Made by a program: the position numbers and the translations under genes. DNA of 64,000 nucleotides from the human T2T-CHM13v2.0 reference genome, Homo sapiens: NCBI RefSeq assembly GCF_009914755.1, contig NC_060930.1; one strand, given 5' to 3'. Numbering within the stretch: the stretch's first letter is position 1; the number at the start of each line of letters is the position of its first letter. Shown here piece by piece: positions 1 through 12,305 of the stretch. The notes beneath the pieces were generated by a model, which was not told the origin of the DNA, made no database searches, and saw only the letters and a program-made list of their open reading frames with translations.

Positions 1-1624
1 CTTCCAAGCACTCTTTCTTGCACATCAGGTGCAAATACCCAGTATGCCTACTCCCAGAGCATGCTGGAGTGTCTTCTGGGAAGCGCAGAAGCAAAGTCAA
101 GTTTGTTGTACAAGCACAGGCCCAGCGTGGCTGTGGCTGTTCATCATTCTCACAGGATAGCGGGATGTTTTAAACTCAGCTGGTGAAGTGAACTCTGAGA
201 ATGGTCCTAAGCCATTCACAGCTACCTGTTTGAAGATGGTGAATCAAGGCCAAGTCAAGTGAGATGGGGTGCAGCCTGACAGGCTCCCCCAGCTGGAGGG
301 TGGCTCACAGCAGGGTTCAGGGTCCCCATGTGCATGGCCTGCTCCTCAAAAAGCAATGAAATGCTACGTTAGGGCCATTGTTCAGACTTGAGGCCCCAGA
401 GTTATGCTTCCCTGACTAGAAGAGACGAAAACCTTGCCCTGACGGATGGAGGAATGAAACTGTTGATTATCGTCAGTTGTTTACTTGGTGCCAGAGGAGA
501 CATAGGTCAGTTTCATCTATGTTATCTAACAACAGATGTATATAAGAAAAAAGCAGAGAGGGAAGACAGCAATGCAGGCAGTTTGCACACTTGGGATCAG
601 CTTATTTGCTGTCAGCTGGCAAGGAGATCCACGAGGAGCAGGTCAGCTGGGATTCCAGCAGAAGTGCCTCCAGGTGTTGATGGACTTTGCAGAAACCTTG
701 CAATGAGCTTTGGCACACACGTGTCAAGCCATCCCTGTGTCTGCCAGTGTCTGGTCAGCAACTGCACTTCAGTGAGGCCGTCTCTGCCCATTTCCCCCAT
801 CGTGCTTTCCAACTATGAGCCTGAGGCTAATGGCAAGACTCCATCCTAGGGACAGGGAGAGTGCCATCGCTGTTCTTCCTAGGAGGGTAAGGGCCTGTGC
901 TCAGGAGTGAGTCACACCAGGAGATGTGACTCTAATATCATCTGCCCCATCCTCAACTGTCAGTGCTAGACCAAAGCGCTCTTTGTGGATCTTAGAAGAA
1001 CCATATTTGCTCTAAGACCAGGCTGTCTGAAGCCAGAGTGCTATCTGGGCTCAGGGCTGGGAAGAAGGGTTTCTTTAGTCCCAAGTGGGCAGAACACAGG
1101 CTCACACTGAAGAGCAAACACTATAGTAGAGACCAGGATGCCGACATTTGGAGCTGGGCAACACGGGGCAGTTGAAGCCTTGGCCACCAGAACAGACTGC
1201 CTGGATGCAGAACTTCCTTATGGCAACAGCACCAGGAGTTGAAGAGTTTCTCGCCCACCGAGGAAGGCTCAGGAGCTGCCAGTGTACTGAGGAGGAGAGG
1301 GAACTGGGAGACCAGACTCTGCAGCTCCCCCAGGTAGGTTAATGGAAATGCTCCTAGCATGCACACCCTTAAATAGCCTTCAGGTCCAGAAGAGCCTTCT
1401 GGAGTCAGGGTTGTTAGCTGATTTGACCTGAGATAATGGCTTATTTGACCTGAGATTATTCTAGAAGGCATTTTTCTCACTTAAGGATTGTGGACTATTA
1501 GATTACACCATATTAAGCAAATCCTGCTACTTTTGGACAAGGAAATATGCTCATACTGTAGCCACATCAGTCTGAGTTACAAATATACTAGATTTGTCAG
1601 CCTGGCCACAAACCATCTCAGAAA

Positions 1625-1800
1625 CACAAAACTTTAGAATTGGAAAGGATCCTAAGGATTATTTAATCCAAGTGCATGTTCTACAGATAAGGTGGCTGAG
1701 GCCAAGAGAAGCACAGGAGTGTCATTCCCAAGTGATTCTATGGATTGAAAAGCTGAAACCAAAGCTAGATTCCAGGTCTTCTGATTTGCAGGTGAATTAT
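1625..1800 (-). mobile_element. MIR-family SINE fragment
   Basis: Reverse-strand MIR core 'ttctacagataaggtggctgaggccaagaga...gattccaggtcttctga'; boundaries approximate. Confidence 0.65.
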
Positions 1801-1894
1801 CTATCAGCATCATGTGGTTACCTCCCTATTTACTGCTAAATAATTGTCTCTCAATAAGTGAGTGTATGTGTGATATTCATGCATTTTAGCCTCT

Positions 1895-1951
1895 TTATAA
1901 TTATTGTGGTATACATATACTACATATATATATGTAGTATATGTGTATATG

Positions 1952-2000
<49 letters not shown>

Positions 2001-2790
2001 TAAAATTTACCAGTTTAACAATTTTAAGTGCACAGTTCAGCGGCTTTAAGTACATTTGCATGTGGTACAGCCATCACCACCATCCAACTCCAGACTTCTC
2101 TTCATCTTTCAAAACTGAAACTCCCTCCCCATCAAACACTCACTCCCCTTTCCTCTGCCCCAGCTCCTGGCAACCCCTGTTTGACTTTCTGTCTCTATGA
2201 GTTCAATTGCTCTAGGAACCTCAGACAAGTAGAATCACACAGTATTTGTCCTTTTGTGACTGGCCTATTTCACTCAGCATAATGTCCTAAATGTTCATCC
2301 ACATTGTAGCATGTGTCAGAATTTCCTTTCTTTTTAAAGCCAAATCACATTCCATTGTGGGAACACACACATTTTGTTATCTATTGATCTGTCTGTATGC
2401 ATTTGGGCTGTTTCCACCTTTGGCTATTGTGAATAACGCTGCTATGAACACGGGTGTACGAACACCTGTTAAGATTCCCTGCTTTATTTTCAGCGTACAC
2501 CCTGAAATGATATAGCGCGATCATATGGCAATTCTATTTTTAATTTTTTGAGGAAGAGGCACAGCACCTGCACCATTTTACATTCCTACTAACACTGTAC
2601 AAGGGTTCCTATTTCTCCACATCCTCACCAGCATTTGTTACTTTCTGTTTTCTGTGTTTGTTTTGTGATAGTTGCCATCCTCATGGCTGTGTGTCTCATT
2701 GTGGTACTGATTTGCATTTCCCTAATGATTAGTGATGGGGAGCGCCTGTTCATGGGCTTCTCCCTGTTTGTAATCCATTCTTCCTGTGGC
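1895..2790 (-). mobile_element. Old L1 (L1MB-like) 3' end
   Basis: 'aaaatttaccagtttaacaattttaagtgcacagttcag', 'gtagaatcacacagtatttgtccttttgtgactggc' and 'gatttgcatttccctaatgattagtgatg' are typical antisense L1M 3'UTR/ORF2-end sequences. Confidence 0.85.
1955..1998. repeat. (AC)22 microsatellite
   Basis: Perfect dinucleotide run read directly. Confidence 0.97.
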
Positions 2791-3389
2791 CACCTGTTCT
2801 CTGTCTGCACAGGCAGCTACGTGTTTGCAGCAGAGCTCCATGAAATCCGTGGCTTTGGGGCATCCATCTGCCTGGGAACATTCAGACAGGGAGTTTGAAG
2901 TTGAAAACCCAAAGTTGAAATCAGTCCCCTATGGAAGAGAGGCGAGAGGTGTGGTGAGGAGGTGTTTAAAGCCAGGGAGGCTGGGTTTGATGAGCATGGG
3001 TTAACTGCTGAATTATGGTTGCTCTCGCTCCCTCAGGTCTGACACCCAGCCAGGGCAGGTCCTCACGCTCACTGAGTCACTGGGAACTGATGGCTTCTCT
3101 AATAGCCAGGCTGGAGAGACCAGCGAATCCTCCCAAACACATCAAATTATGAGCTCTATGAAAGTATGGCGCAGACACAAGGAGTTTTTAAACAGAAGGC
3201 ACACATTAGCCTTACGCTCCCTCCAGCACCCTTGTGTCACTCACGCATGTGTCACAGGTGACAAAATCACTCCCAAAGACAACAGGCTGAGGTTAAGCGC
3301 CTCTTCCTGGGAGTCAGGACCCACTGCTGTTTGGCTCTAATCCCTCTTCCTATTTTCACTCATGTCTGTCTCACAACCATTAACCTATG

Positions 3390-3470
3390 CTCCCTCCCTC
3401 CCTCCCCTCTCCCTTCTTCCCTCATTTCCCCTCTCCCTTCTTCCCTCATTTCCTCCCTCCCTTCCTTCCT
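3390..3470. repeat. Pyrimidine-rich (CCCT/CCTT) low-complexity tract
   Basis: Near-pure C/T tract with an internal duplicated 'tcccctctcccttcttccctcatt'. Confidence 0.8.
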
Positions 3471-4767
3471 GTCAGTTGCCTACTGTCCACTAAACAAGCC
3501 ACTCCTTTTCCTACCTCTGGCCTCTCGAGCCCCATCACCCAGTACTGAACCTCCTTCCACCTTCTCTGGTTGCCCAGTCCTAACCATCTTACACACACTA
3601 GGGTCCTCCCTCCTCTGCTACTGCCCAGGTCATTGAAACCCTCACAGCGGCTTCCCCAGACTCCTTAGAATGATTGCTCTTGGCTCCTAGGACACGCAGA
3701 AGTAGATCTCTCTTCTACTTTTCTTGCAATTTGCTTTACACTCTTGAGGTACTGACAAGGTGTCACTCATCAAGAGACAGGGAAGCCAAAAGGGCCCTAG
3801 TGTCAGGGACACATGTGACATCTACTTGCAGCCTCGTTGTGTAGTTTAGGGTCGCTTTTCTCCTCAGTGTACAAGGACACGCTACATAGTGATCATGACT
3901 GTGCTCTGATCCTTTTACTGTACACATTGTGACATCAGCTTCATAAGCCCATATTGCCTGATGAGGTTCTGGGCTTCTGCATTCCTGGTCTGCTAGCTAC
4001 AAGGCACACACACGATAATGTCAACTCTGAAAGCTGTCACTGCAAAGCTTACGTCCAACGTCCCAGTGCACATTTTATGAGTGTCTCTGCCCTGTACATA
4101 ACCCCAGTTTCTGGTGCTTAGGGCAAATGAGCTACAATCGTCTTTAGTATGCAGTAAACATGCAGACCAAAAGAACATGTGCTTCCCAGGAAAAACCAAG
4201 GACATTTTATTCCATCACTAAACGTATGTGCAGGTACTGCAAAGGGCTCCCCCCGTAAATGGTTTGAATTGGGCAGCATTTTTTAAAAACCCAGGCAATC
4301 AATTTTAGTGACCTAAAAATAATACAGTTAAACCCTATTTTCCAGGTTTACTCTAGGGTAATTTCTTTTCTTGCAAATAATAAGTTTTTCTCTTAAAGTC
4401 TTTTCCCTCAGTAATTTGCTCAATTCCTGAAGAAATAATGGAGTTGCCTATTTTGGAGTTTCCTCCCTTGGGCAGCCTCCTTCAGAGGCTTATCAGGGCC
4501 ACTGACTGAGCAGCTTTAAGGTTTCTGCCGGAGTCCAGGATTCTGGAGACCCGCACCCAAGTCCTCTGAAGGCACTCTGCAGAGTCCAATCCTGTGGGTC
4601 CCCTGGGTGCCTTCACTCAGGCATCTGTGGAGATTGACTGCTTGTGTGATCCACAGAAGGCAAGGAAATTTCCAGGAGTCCTGGGCTCCAAGGACCAGGC
4701 CAAACACTGACCTCAGGAGCCTGTTTCCCCAAACTCTCAATCTGGTGACGAGGATGTAGTTGGGCAT

Positions 4768-5225
4768 TTTATTAGTTTTCTATTGCTGTGTAACAAATTT
4801 CCACCAACTTATTGGCTCAAAACAATGCACACTTATTACCCTGTGATTCTGTCGGCCAGAAGCCCAACATCGGTCTCACCAGGATAAAGCAAGGTGTCGG
4901 CAGGGCTGACCCCCCTGGAGGATCTCAGGGAGGACCTGTCTCCTTGCCTTTTCCAGCTCCTAGAGGCTGCCTGCATGCCTTGGCTCATGGTCCCTTCCTT
5001 CAAAGTCAGCAATATGGCATTTTTCTGAGCCTTCTTTTGTGGTCACATGCTTCTCCCTTTGACTACAGCAAAGATGAGATCTCTGCTTGTGAGGATCCCT
5101 GGGATCACATTAGGTCACCCGGATAATCCAGAATAACTTCCCCATCTCAAGATCTTTCATTGCATCAGCGAAGCGACTCCAGCCTTCTAAGGCGACAGTC
5201 ACAGGTTCCTACACACAGGTAGGAT

Positions 5226-5256
<31 letters not shown>

Positions 5257-5281
5257 CGTAGGTGTTATTCTGCCTGGCACA
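4768..5281 (-). mobile_element. MaLR solo LTR (MLT1D-like)
   Basis: Starts 'tattagttttctattgctgtgtaacaaa'; internal 'ccttgccttttccagctcctagaggctgcctgcat'; ends 'ttattctgcctggcaca'. Confidence 0.8.
5225..5260. repeat. (TG)12(CG)5TA alternating purine-pyrimidine tract
   Basis: Read directly. Confidence 0.95.
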
Positions 5282-7317
5282 GTGCTGGAGGGCAAGGGGC
5301 TTCCTTTACTACCACAGTGCCCATATGCTCTGCTGTTCCTCAGAGCTGGTCCCTGCTTGTCTTCCATCCCAAAGCTTCCTATTGCTGTCTATACTTTTCA
5401 TCTAAATTGTCCTCCTGACTTCTGGGTGTGACTTTTCTCTCCACTAGATGCCGCAGAACCAATCTGACCAAATCTGCAGTCCCCAAAGAAGAAACCTTAG
5501 CCATCCTGGGGTAGGTTAGCTGTGAGTTGTTGTCCCCAGCCCCCCAACAAGACAGAGCTCAACCAGGGTTCTCCAAGCCCTTGGTCTGGTTACAGAGAGA
5601 GGAGAGAATTCACCTCTGTAGTTTTAAGCTTGGGAGCACTTATTTCTAACTGTTATGAGTTTAATAGATTTGCTTTGAAATCAAAAATTTGCAAGGCCAT
5701 CTCCCTATATGATTATCCGTAACGTTCAAAGTGTGTTGACTGCAAGCTACTGTGATTTCAGTAATAAATATTTAAAAATTTGTATTTCATTAATAACAAT
5801 GGTATCCACATAATTCAAAAGACAATACAGGTATGGGTAAATGACGTTATTTGGGGGATTTATAGACCATGCATGCTGTGCGTATGGATTTTCAGACACC
5901 AAATATGACTCCATGGCCTTATGGGCAAGATTTCATCTGATGGTGGCCGACAAGTCTTGGTCTTATTTATTCTCCTGGGCTCCTCATGAAGTGACTCTGA
6001 TATTGCAGGCTTTCCCAGACCCTCTCCAAGGAAAAGCCAGCGAGTGGTCTCTGTAGGAACAATTTGAGACAGAGTGGCTGCATATTAGTGGCTGTACATG
6101 TGGCCTCTCCCTTAGTGCTTCTCCTGGAGGAAAGGAATCCATGTACATCCCCAGAATATTGAGCATCCCCCACGAGGAGGCCATGTCTTCTGGCCTTTCA
6201 TGAAGAGCCCACACCCCCTCAGACAGTTGACACCCACATCCAAATGGCTTTTTGTGGTGGTGAACCCCACCCAACCCCACAGTGACCTCTGCTCTCACTT
6301 TCTAAGCCCCACTCATCTTATCTATCCCCGAATTTCTCCTCCTTATTTGTAGACTTGTCAGCTCAAGTCACTTTCTGTTAACTGATATTTTCAAAAAACC
6401 TGCAAGAATTGTAACTTTCCTCCACTCTTCTGTCTTGGTCAATTTTGCCTTTTTGTTGTTGTGTTTCTCTTGAAACTTCAGCTCTACTCATTCTCTTCTG
6501 AGAACCCACTGTGGGCTTACATGAGAAGTGTACTTTAGTTAAAGCTTAATAAATCATGTTATATTTATGATTTTTTTTTCTTTTGATGTAGTTAACCATT
6601 AGGCCAAGTAAAGCTATGACAAACTTACAACTCATCTTATAAACATATTTCACTTGAAAGCTTATGTTTGCTTGGGATTATTGTCCTGCCTCTACAGGAC
6701 AGATTTTTCATGAGTCTCAGCATTTTGTAACAAATATTCTCCACTCAGTGCTTTCGCTTTCCACTTTTAGGACTGACTCAAGGGATGGGGCTTTCCAATT
6801 GAAATGCTTTTCTAAGACTTTATTCTTAACGATGTTTCTCCTTAGACTTGGGGTGTTTCCTCTTAGCGTTCCAACTTGCATATTTTTTTTAACAAATGTA
6901 GTACTGGTAGAAGCCTATCAGTGAAGTAAAATCTCCCCAGGGATCTATTCATCTTCCTGCTTGTACTTTATACTCATTTCAGATGTTTTTGCACATGCTT
7001 GCAGGGGATGATGGTACTTTTCACTCAGGTGTAAATCCTCAGCAGAGGCACGGCAATGAAATGTCACCTGAAGGCCATTCGGGAGGTTTGCACTCATAGA
7101 AACATTTCACAAGAAGCCAGGCCCAGTTTTGGGGGTCTGCCCGAAACTTTCAGTTCCTAAAACAATTGTGAGAGGTAAGTAAGTATAAAACTAAGATCCA
7201 ACAAGGCTAAATGAGTTGCCTGGGAACACAGCAAATCAACCCAAGTCGGGGCAAGATATGTCTTCAGAAATGAGTTCATTTCTGAACTCACTGGGAGTTC
7301 AGTGGGCCTTTTGGGAC

Positions 7318-7544
7318 AAGGGTCCTTTGGGAGGAGATTGGGTCATGAATGGGATTTGTGCCTTCATAAAGGAGATCCTGGGTTGCTGGCTAGCCTCTTC
7401 GAACATGTGAGGACACAGAGAGAAGGTGCTGCCCATGAGGCAGAGAACACACCCTCCCTAGATGCCAAATCAGCCAGCACCTTGCTCTTGGACTTCCCAG
7501 CCTCCAGAACTGTGAGACATAAATGTCTGCTGCTTATAAATTAC
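7318..7544 (+). mobile_element. MaLR LTR (MLT1A-like), left part, split by L1
   Basis: 'catgtgaggacacagagagaagg...cttggacttcccagcctccagaactgtgagacataaatgtctgctgcttataaattac'. Confidence 0.85.
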
Positions 7545-7550
7545 TGAGTA

Positions 7551-7763
7551 TCTTGTAAATTTTTTTAAGTTCCTTGTAGATTCTGGATATTAGACCTTTG
7601 TTGGATGGGTAGATTGCAAAAATTTTCTCCCATTCTGTAGGCTGCCCATTCATTCTGATGATAGTTTCTTTTGATGTGCAGAAGTTCTTTAGTTTAACTA
7701 GATCCCATTTGTCAATTTTAGCTTTTGTTGCAATTGCTTTTGATGTTTTAGTCATGAAGTCTT
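7551..7763 (-). mobile_element. L1PA inverted 5' segment (ORF2 C-terminal region)
   Basis: Minus [36 protein letters not shown]...[23 protein letters not shown] matches L1 ORF2p. Confidence 0.93.
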
Positions 7764-8667
7764 AACTCAAACAAATTTATAAGAAAAAAACAACCTCATC
7801 AAAAAGTAGGTGAAGGATATGAACAGACACTTCTCAAATGAAAATATTTATGCAGCCAACAAACATATGAAAAAAAAGCTCATCATCACTGGTCATTAGA
7901 GAAATGCAAATCAAAACCACAATGACATACCATCTCATGCCAGTCAAAATGGCAGTTATTAAAAACTCAGGAAAGAATAGATGCTGGCGAAGCTGTGGAG
8001 AAATACAAATGCTTTTACACTGCTGGTGGGAGTGTAAATTAGTTCAACCATTGGTGAAGACAGTGTGGCAACTCCTCAAGGATCTAGAACCAGAAATACA
8101 ATTTGACCCAGCAATCTCATTACTGGGTATACACCCAGAGGAATATAAATCATTCTACTATAAAGACACATGCACATGTATGTTTATTACAGCACTATTT
8201 ACAGTCGCAAAGACTTGGAACCAACCCAAATGCCCATCAATGATAGACTGGATAATGAAAATGTGTCACATATACACCATGGAATACTATGCAGCCATAA
8301 AAGGAAGAGTTCATGTCCTTTGCAGGGACATGGATGAAGCTGGAAACCATCATTCTCAGCAAACTAACACAGGAACAGAAAACCAAATACTGCGTGTTCA
8401 CACTCATAAGTGGGAGTTGAACAATGAGAACACATGGACACAGGGAGGGGACCATCACACACCTGGGCCTATTTGGGAGTGGGGGGTGAGGGGTGAGGGG
8501 AGGGAGAGCATTAGGACAAAGGTCTAATGCATGTGGGGCTTAAAACCTAGACGACGGGTTGATAGGTGCAGCAAGCCACCATGGCACATGTATATCTATG
8601 GAACGAACCTGCATGTTCTGCATACGTATCCCAGAACTGAAAGTAAAATTAAAAAAAGAAAAAGAAG
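7764..8667 (+). mobile_element. L1PA (about PA7-PA10) 3' segment with 3'UTR and A-tail
   Basis: ORF 7904-8527 is the ORF2p C-terminus ([11 protein letters not shown]...[10 protein letters not shown]); L1PA 3'UTR 'cttaaaacctagacgacgggttgataggtgcagca'; A-rich tail ~8651-8666. Confidence 0.95.
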
Positions 8668-8700
8668 ATAATTTTTATGCCAAAGTAACATAAAAACAAC

Positions 8701-8748
8701 TACCCAGTGTCAGGTGTTTTGTTACAGCAGCCTGAGTGAACTAAGAGA
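8701..8748 (+). mobile_element. MLT1A-like LTR, right part
   Basis: 'tacccagtgtcaggtgttttgttacagcagcctgagtgaactaaga' continues the LTR broken at 7544. Confidence 0.8.
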
Positions 8749-9299
8749 GTGCCCTTTCCTGTATAAGGGGTGGCTTCAGGGCCCTCCAGGTCATGGGATT
8801 TGCTGCTCTGAAGACACAGAAAAACTAAGCCCAGTCAGCCTTCCTCAAACCCCACCGCACAGCACCTCCAGTGGAAACATGACTTCACAGCATGAGAGGC
8901 CTGACTGCACAGCACTAGCTTTATGCATTTGGAATAGATCCTGGTACTGCTGCCCTCAGTGAGGAATGTGGCACTGCTGTGGCCATGTTCATCTGAGCTC
9001 CTTCATGAACACCCAAGGGAGCACTGAGGGTGAATAAATCAGTCCAGTCTCAGCAAGCTGGGCCCTCCCACCTGAAGATCTATAACTGTGACATCCCAAG
9101 TCCAGGGGACACATTGAAATATGGGATGTCAGCAACTATTAGTGCATTTGGAGCCATAGGGAAACTTGTTAATTGTTTATTTAATTAAATTTTTTAGTCT
9201 TCATTTAAACATCATGTAGTGCGGATGCACAGACACACACTCACACACTTAATTACAGCCCGGCACACCAACTGCCTCTAACGCTTTGACATAGAAATT

Positions 9300-9500
9300 A
9301 ATCTAGAGACGGAAGACAGAGCATAAATAAGGAAAATAAACAAACCCCTGGTTGTCACATTTGTTTTCCTCGTTCCTGTTTACTCACTATTTATGGCAGC
9401 CCCATAAAATCCTGTCATAATAACTCCTCCTATCAAAGGGCTATCATGACAAACCAGCATTACAGCAACCAAGTTTTCAAGTTTCCTTTGAATAAAGGTC
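9300..9500. promoter_or_regulatory. Candidate enhancer (FOX, FOX:ETS, CDX/HOX and TCF/LEF motif cluster)
   Basis: AAAATAAACA 9333; TTCCTGTTTAC 9373; TTTATGG 9390; CCATAAA 9402; ATCAAAGG 9432; CCTTTGAA 9485; all in non-repeat sequence. Confidence 0.4.
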
Positions 9501-9934
9501 CTAGATGAACCCCATGTTTAGTATAAACCTTCCGTTTCCTCCTGTACAAAATTATTTACGGAAAAAAGTGATTATTTGGGGATTTATGACATCATCAAGC
9601 ATTGTATGTTTATTCAACCTTGCATTCATTCACTCATTGATTTATTCAATAAAAATGTACCTGTGCCAGGCCCAGGGCTCGTGCTGCAGGGAACACAGAT
9701 GTCAGGTCTGTCTGCGCATGTTATGGGCACTCAGTAAACACCGGCAAGGCAGCAGTGAAAATGTTGGTTTAGATTTGGAAAAGGGGAACTGATTTGGGTT
9801 TGAGATACCTGAGAAACAGATTAACTTGGTAGTTAGCCTTTGAGTATTGTTCCTCGCAACAGATTTCAGGGGATGGCTGTGCCAGTTATGAGTGAATGCC
9901 CACAGTTCACTGGGGACTGGCTTGATTGGGGATG

Positions 9935-10105
9935 GATTGCAGCAGTGGCTGCACGTTAGGGTCACCTGGAGAGTTAAATGAACGAGCAGGATGCTTCCCA
10001 CGTCACCCGGAGATATGATTCAGCCGATGTGAGGTGGCCCAGGGCTGGGTGATCAGCTCTAAGGTTCCCAGAGTGATTCTGCACATCCAGGGATGAACAT
10101 CAGAG
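9935..10105. mobile_element. MER5-type hAT DNA transposon relic
   Basis: 'ggctgcacgttagggtcacctggagagtt...ttcccagagtgattctgcacatccaggg' resembles MER5A. Confidence 0.55.
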
Positions 10106-10111
10106 GTGCCG

Positions 10112-10345
10112 GAGAAAGAACATGGACTTTTGTGATCCTGAATCCCAGGAGTACTAATCACTAACTGTGTAACCTAGGGCAGTCCACTTAGCCTCTTTGA
10201 GACTTAATTTCTCATTTGAAAAAGAGAGAAATACAGGATATATAAGATATATTTACCTACAGGTAATTGTGAGACAAATGAAATAATAAAGGAAAGTTCT
10301 TAGCAAACTCTTCGTGCATTATTAGTGCTCAATAAATGCTAAATA
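10112..10345 (+). mobile_element. MIR SINE
   Basis: 'actaactgtgtaacctagggcagtccacttagcctctttgagacttaatttctcatttg...gtgctcaataaatg'. Confidence 0.75.
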
Positions 10346-12129
10346 CTATGATTAATAATACATTTTTGTTATTAACTTGAAAGTCATTGTGTTGTGGGAA
10401 GAATGGAGTCCTAATTTATAATTTTTTCCCTCCACTTAAAAAAAATAATTTATTGAGCAGACAAGAATAAGTAAAGACATCTCAGAATCAAGCAAATATC
10501 CCAGCATGTTCTCGGAAAAATTAAAACTGCAGTTAAGGGTGCGCTTCTATTTGATTTAAAAGAAAATATATGTTAATTTAATACTTGGTAACTTTGCAAG
10601 GTTTAGACTAAACATTGAACACAAAAATAGCTTCTGAGATTCTTAGTCAAAGACAGCTTTGTTGTAATAGCCTTGTTGAAATCGGAGTTTAAAACCCACT
10701 GCTTTTAGGTCCAGTGGGCAAAACAGCCACATGTGGATGTGCAGTCCTTACTGGCAGACACAGGGGAGCTGCTGGGCTGGAAGGTCATGAAACTGCTTTT
10801 AGGTGGACCTGGGATGCTACTCACCACAATTCCGGTGGGGTCACTCCTTAATAACAAGCGGGACCCAAGGAAATAACCCTGCCAGGTAAAAGATTGTCTG
10901 CCTTTACTTTGTAGGTAAAAATCCAGAGAGCTCTTTATCCTCTGGGGAATGTTCTAGTCTTTCTCCCTCAGGATACTTGTGTGTGGCAGAGGATACTGTT
11001 CCCACTAAGTGTTTCCACCTGTACATCCCAGAGCTAAACCCCATCCTGTTTCAGTTACAGGCTCAAACAATAAACATAAACACTTTCTACATCAGGCTAA
11101 TTTATGGGGTCTGTTTTCCTGGCTTTCCCCAAGAAATTCCACTCCAAACACATTGAGAATGGGAAGAAAAAAAATCTGTTCTTACAGTCACCATAAAAAG
11201 TATGCTATTGATTTAAGAAATTTGTGTTTTCTAAAACTAGTGATTCACGTTTGTGTGTATATCACTCTGCCATCCACATTTACAAGAACAGTCGGAATGT
11301 TCGTTAGGAAGGACTACACTGGCTTCTTACAGCCAACTGCAGCTTCTTTGTGTGAGTGTTGCTTCTTGAGCTTTATTAAGTTTTTGTGCCAGTGTACAAA
11401 TGGCACATGTGAGTCTCCACGAAACTAGTTCATTTTCCAATTCATAGCTAGTGTTGTTCCAATACTGACGCTTATAATAAAAGTGTTAAGTAAATCACCA
11501 TTAACCATTGCCTTAAACAACTGAATTGAGAAAAGTTTCATTAATTTCTCATTATTCTTCTTTTACTGTGCACATGAGCATGTGATTTTAAGCTTTCATA
11601 ATATGCGTGTATTGTTTAGTATTACAGACATTCACAGCTGAAAAGCAACTCAGAGGTTACTTAGTGAGACCTAATTGTATTAACTTTACATATGAAGAAA
11701 TGGAATCAAGATGAAAACATCTTCAATGGTTTACCCAAGATTGCATTGTATCTCATGTCATAAATTAATCCAATCTTTAAAACCCATCATTTCTTTTACC
11801 CATCCATTCATTTACTAGGTAAGTATTTGTTGTGCATCTCCTGTGTGCTAAGCATCACGCTCTACCGTGGGAATACAACGATTAAGACCCAGTCCCCTGC
11901 CCACGGAGAGCCCTGTGCGTTTATGGATAAGACAGGCAAGATGGCAGGCGATGACAGAGTCTTGAGATAAAGTCACATGGCTACACCTGGCTGTTCTCTA
12001 GACGCATCAGAAAGAGGAAATGATTCAGGCATTGAGCGTTCTGGGAAGGACTCATCTGATTTTTAATACTTCATTATTAAAATGTTAAGCAACAGAAACA
12101 TGCTTTGACTTAGGGAGATCCAAAAAACC

Positions 12130-12305
12130 TACATTTGATTTCAAATTCTGCTACATGCTTGCTCTATGACCTTAAACAAATGACTTAGCCTTTCGGAGTT
12201 TCCTTATCTTTAAATGGGGATAATAATATGAACCCCAGGATATTTGACAAAATTATATAGTAAATACAGAATTCTAAGTACTGAATAAGTAATTGTTGCT
12301 ATTCC
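12130..12305 (+). mobile_element. MIR SINE
   Basis: 'tgaccttaaacaaatgacttagcctttcggagtttccttatctttaaatggggataata'. Confidence 0.65.

Noticed and set aside
484-570. Possible minus-strand micro-exon after a pyrimidine tract ('ttgttag|ATAACATAG...CCAA|gtaaac')
   Set aside because: The donor is weak and the peptide is not recognisable; indistinguishable from a pseudo-exon.
7904-8527. 207-aa ORF as a gene
   Set aside because: It is the L1 ORF2 C-terminus running into the 3'UTR of a truncated element.
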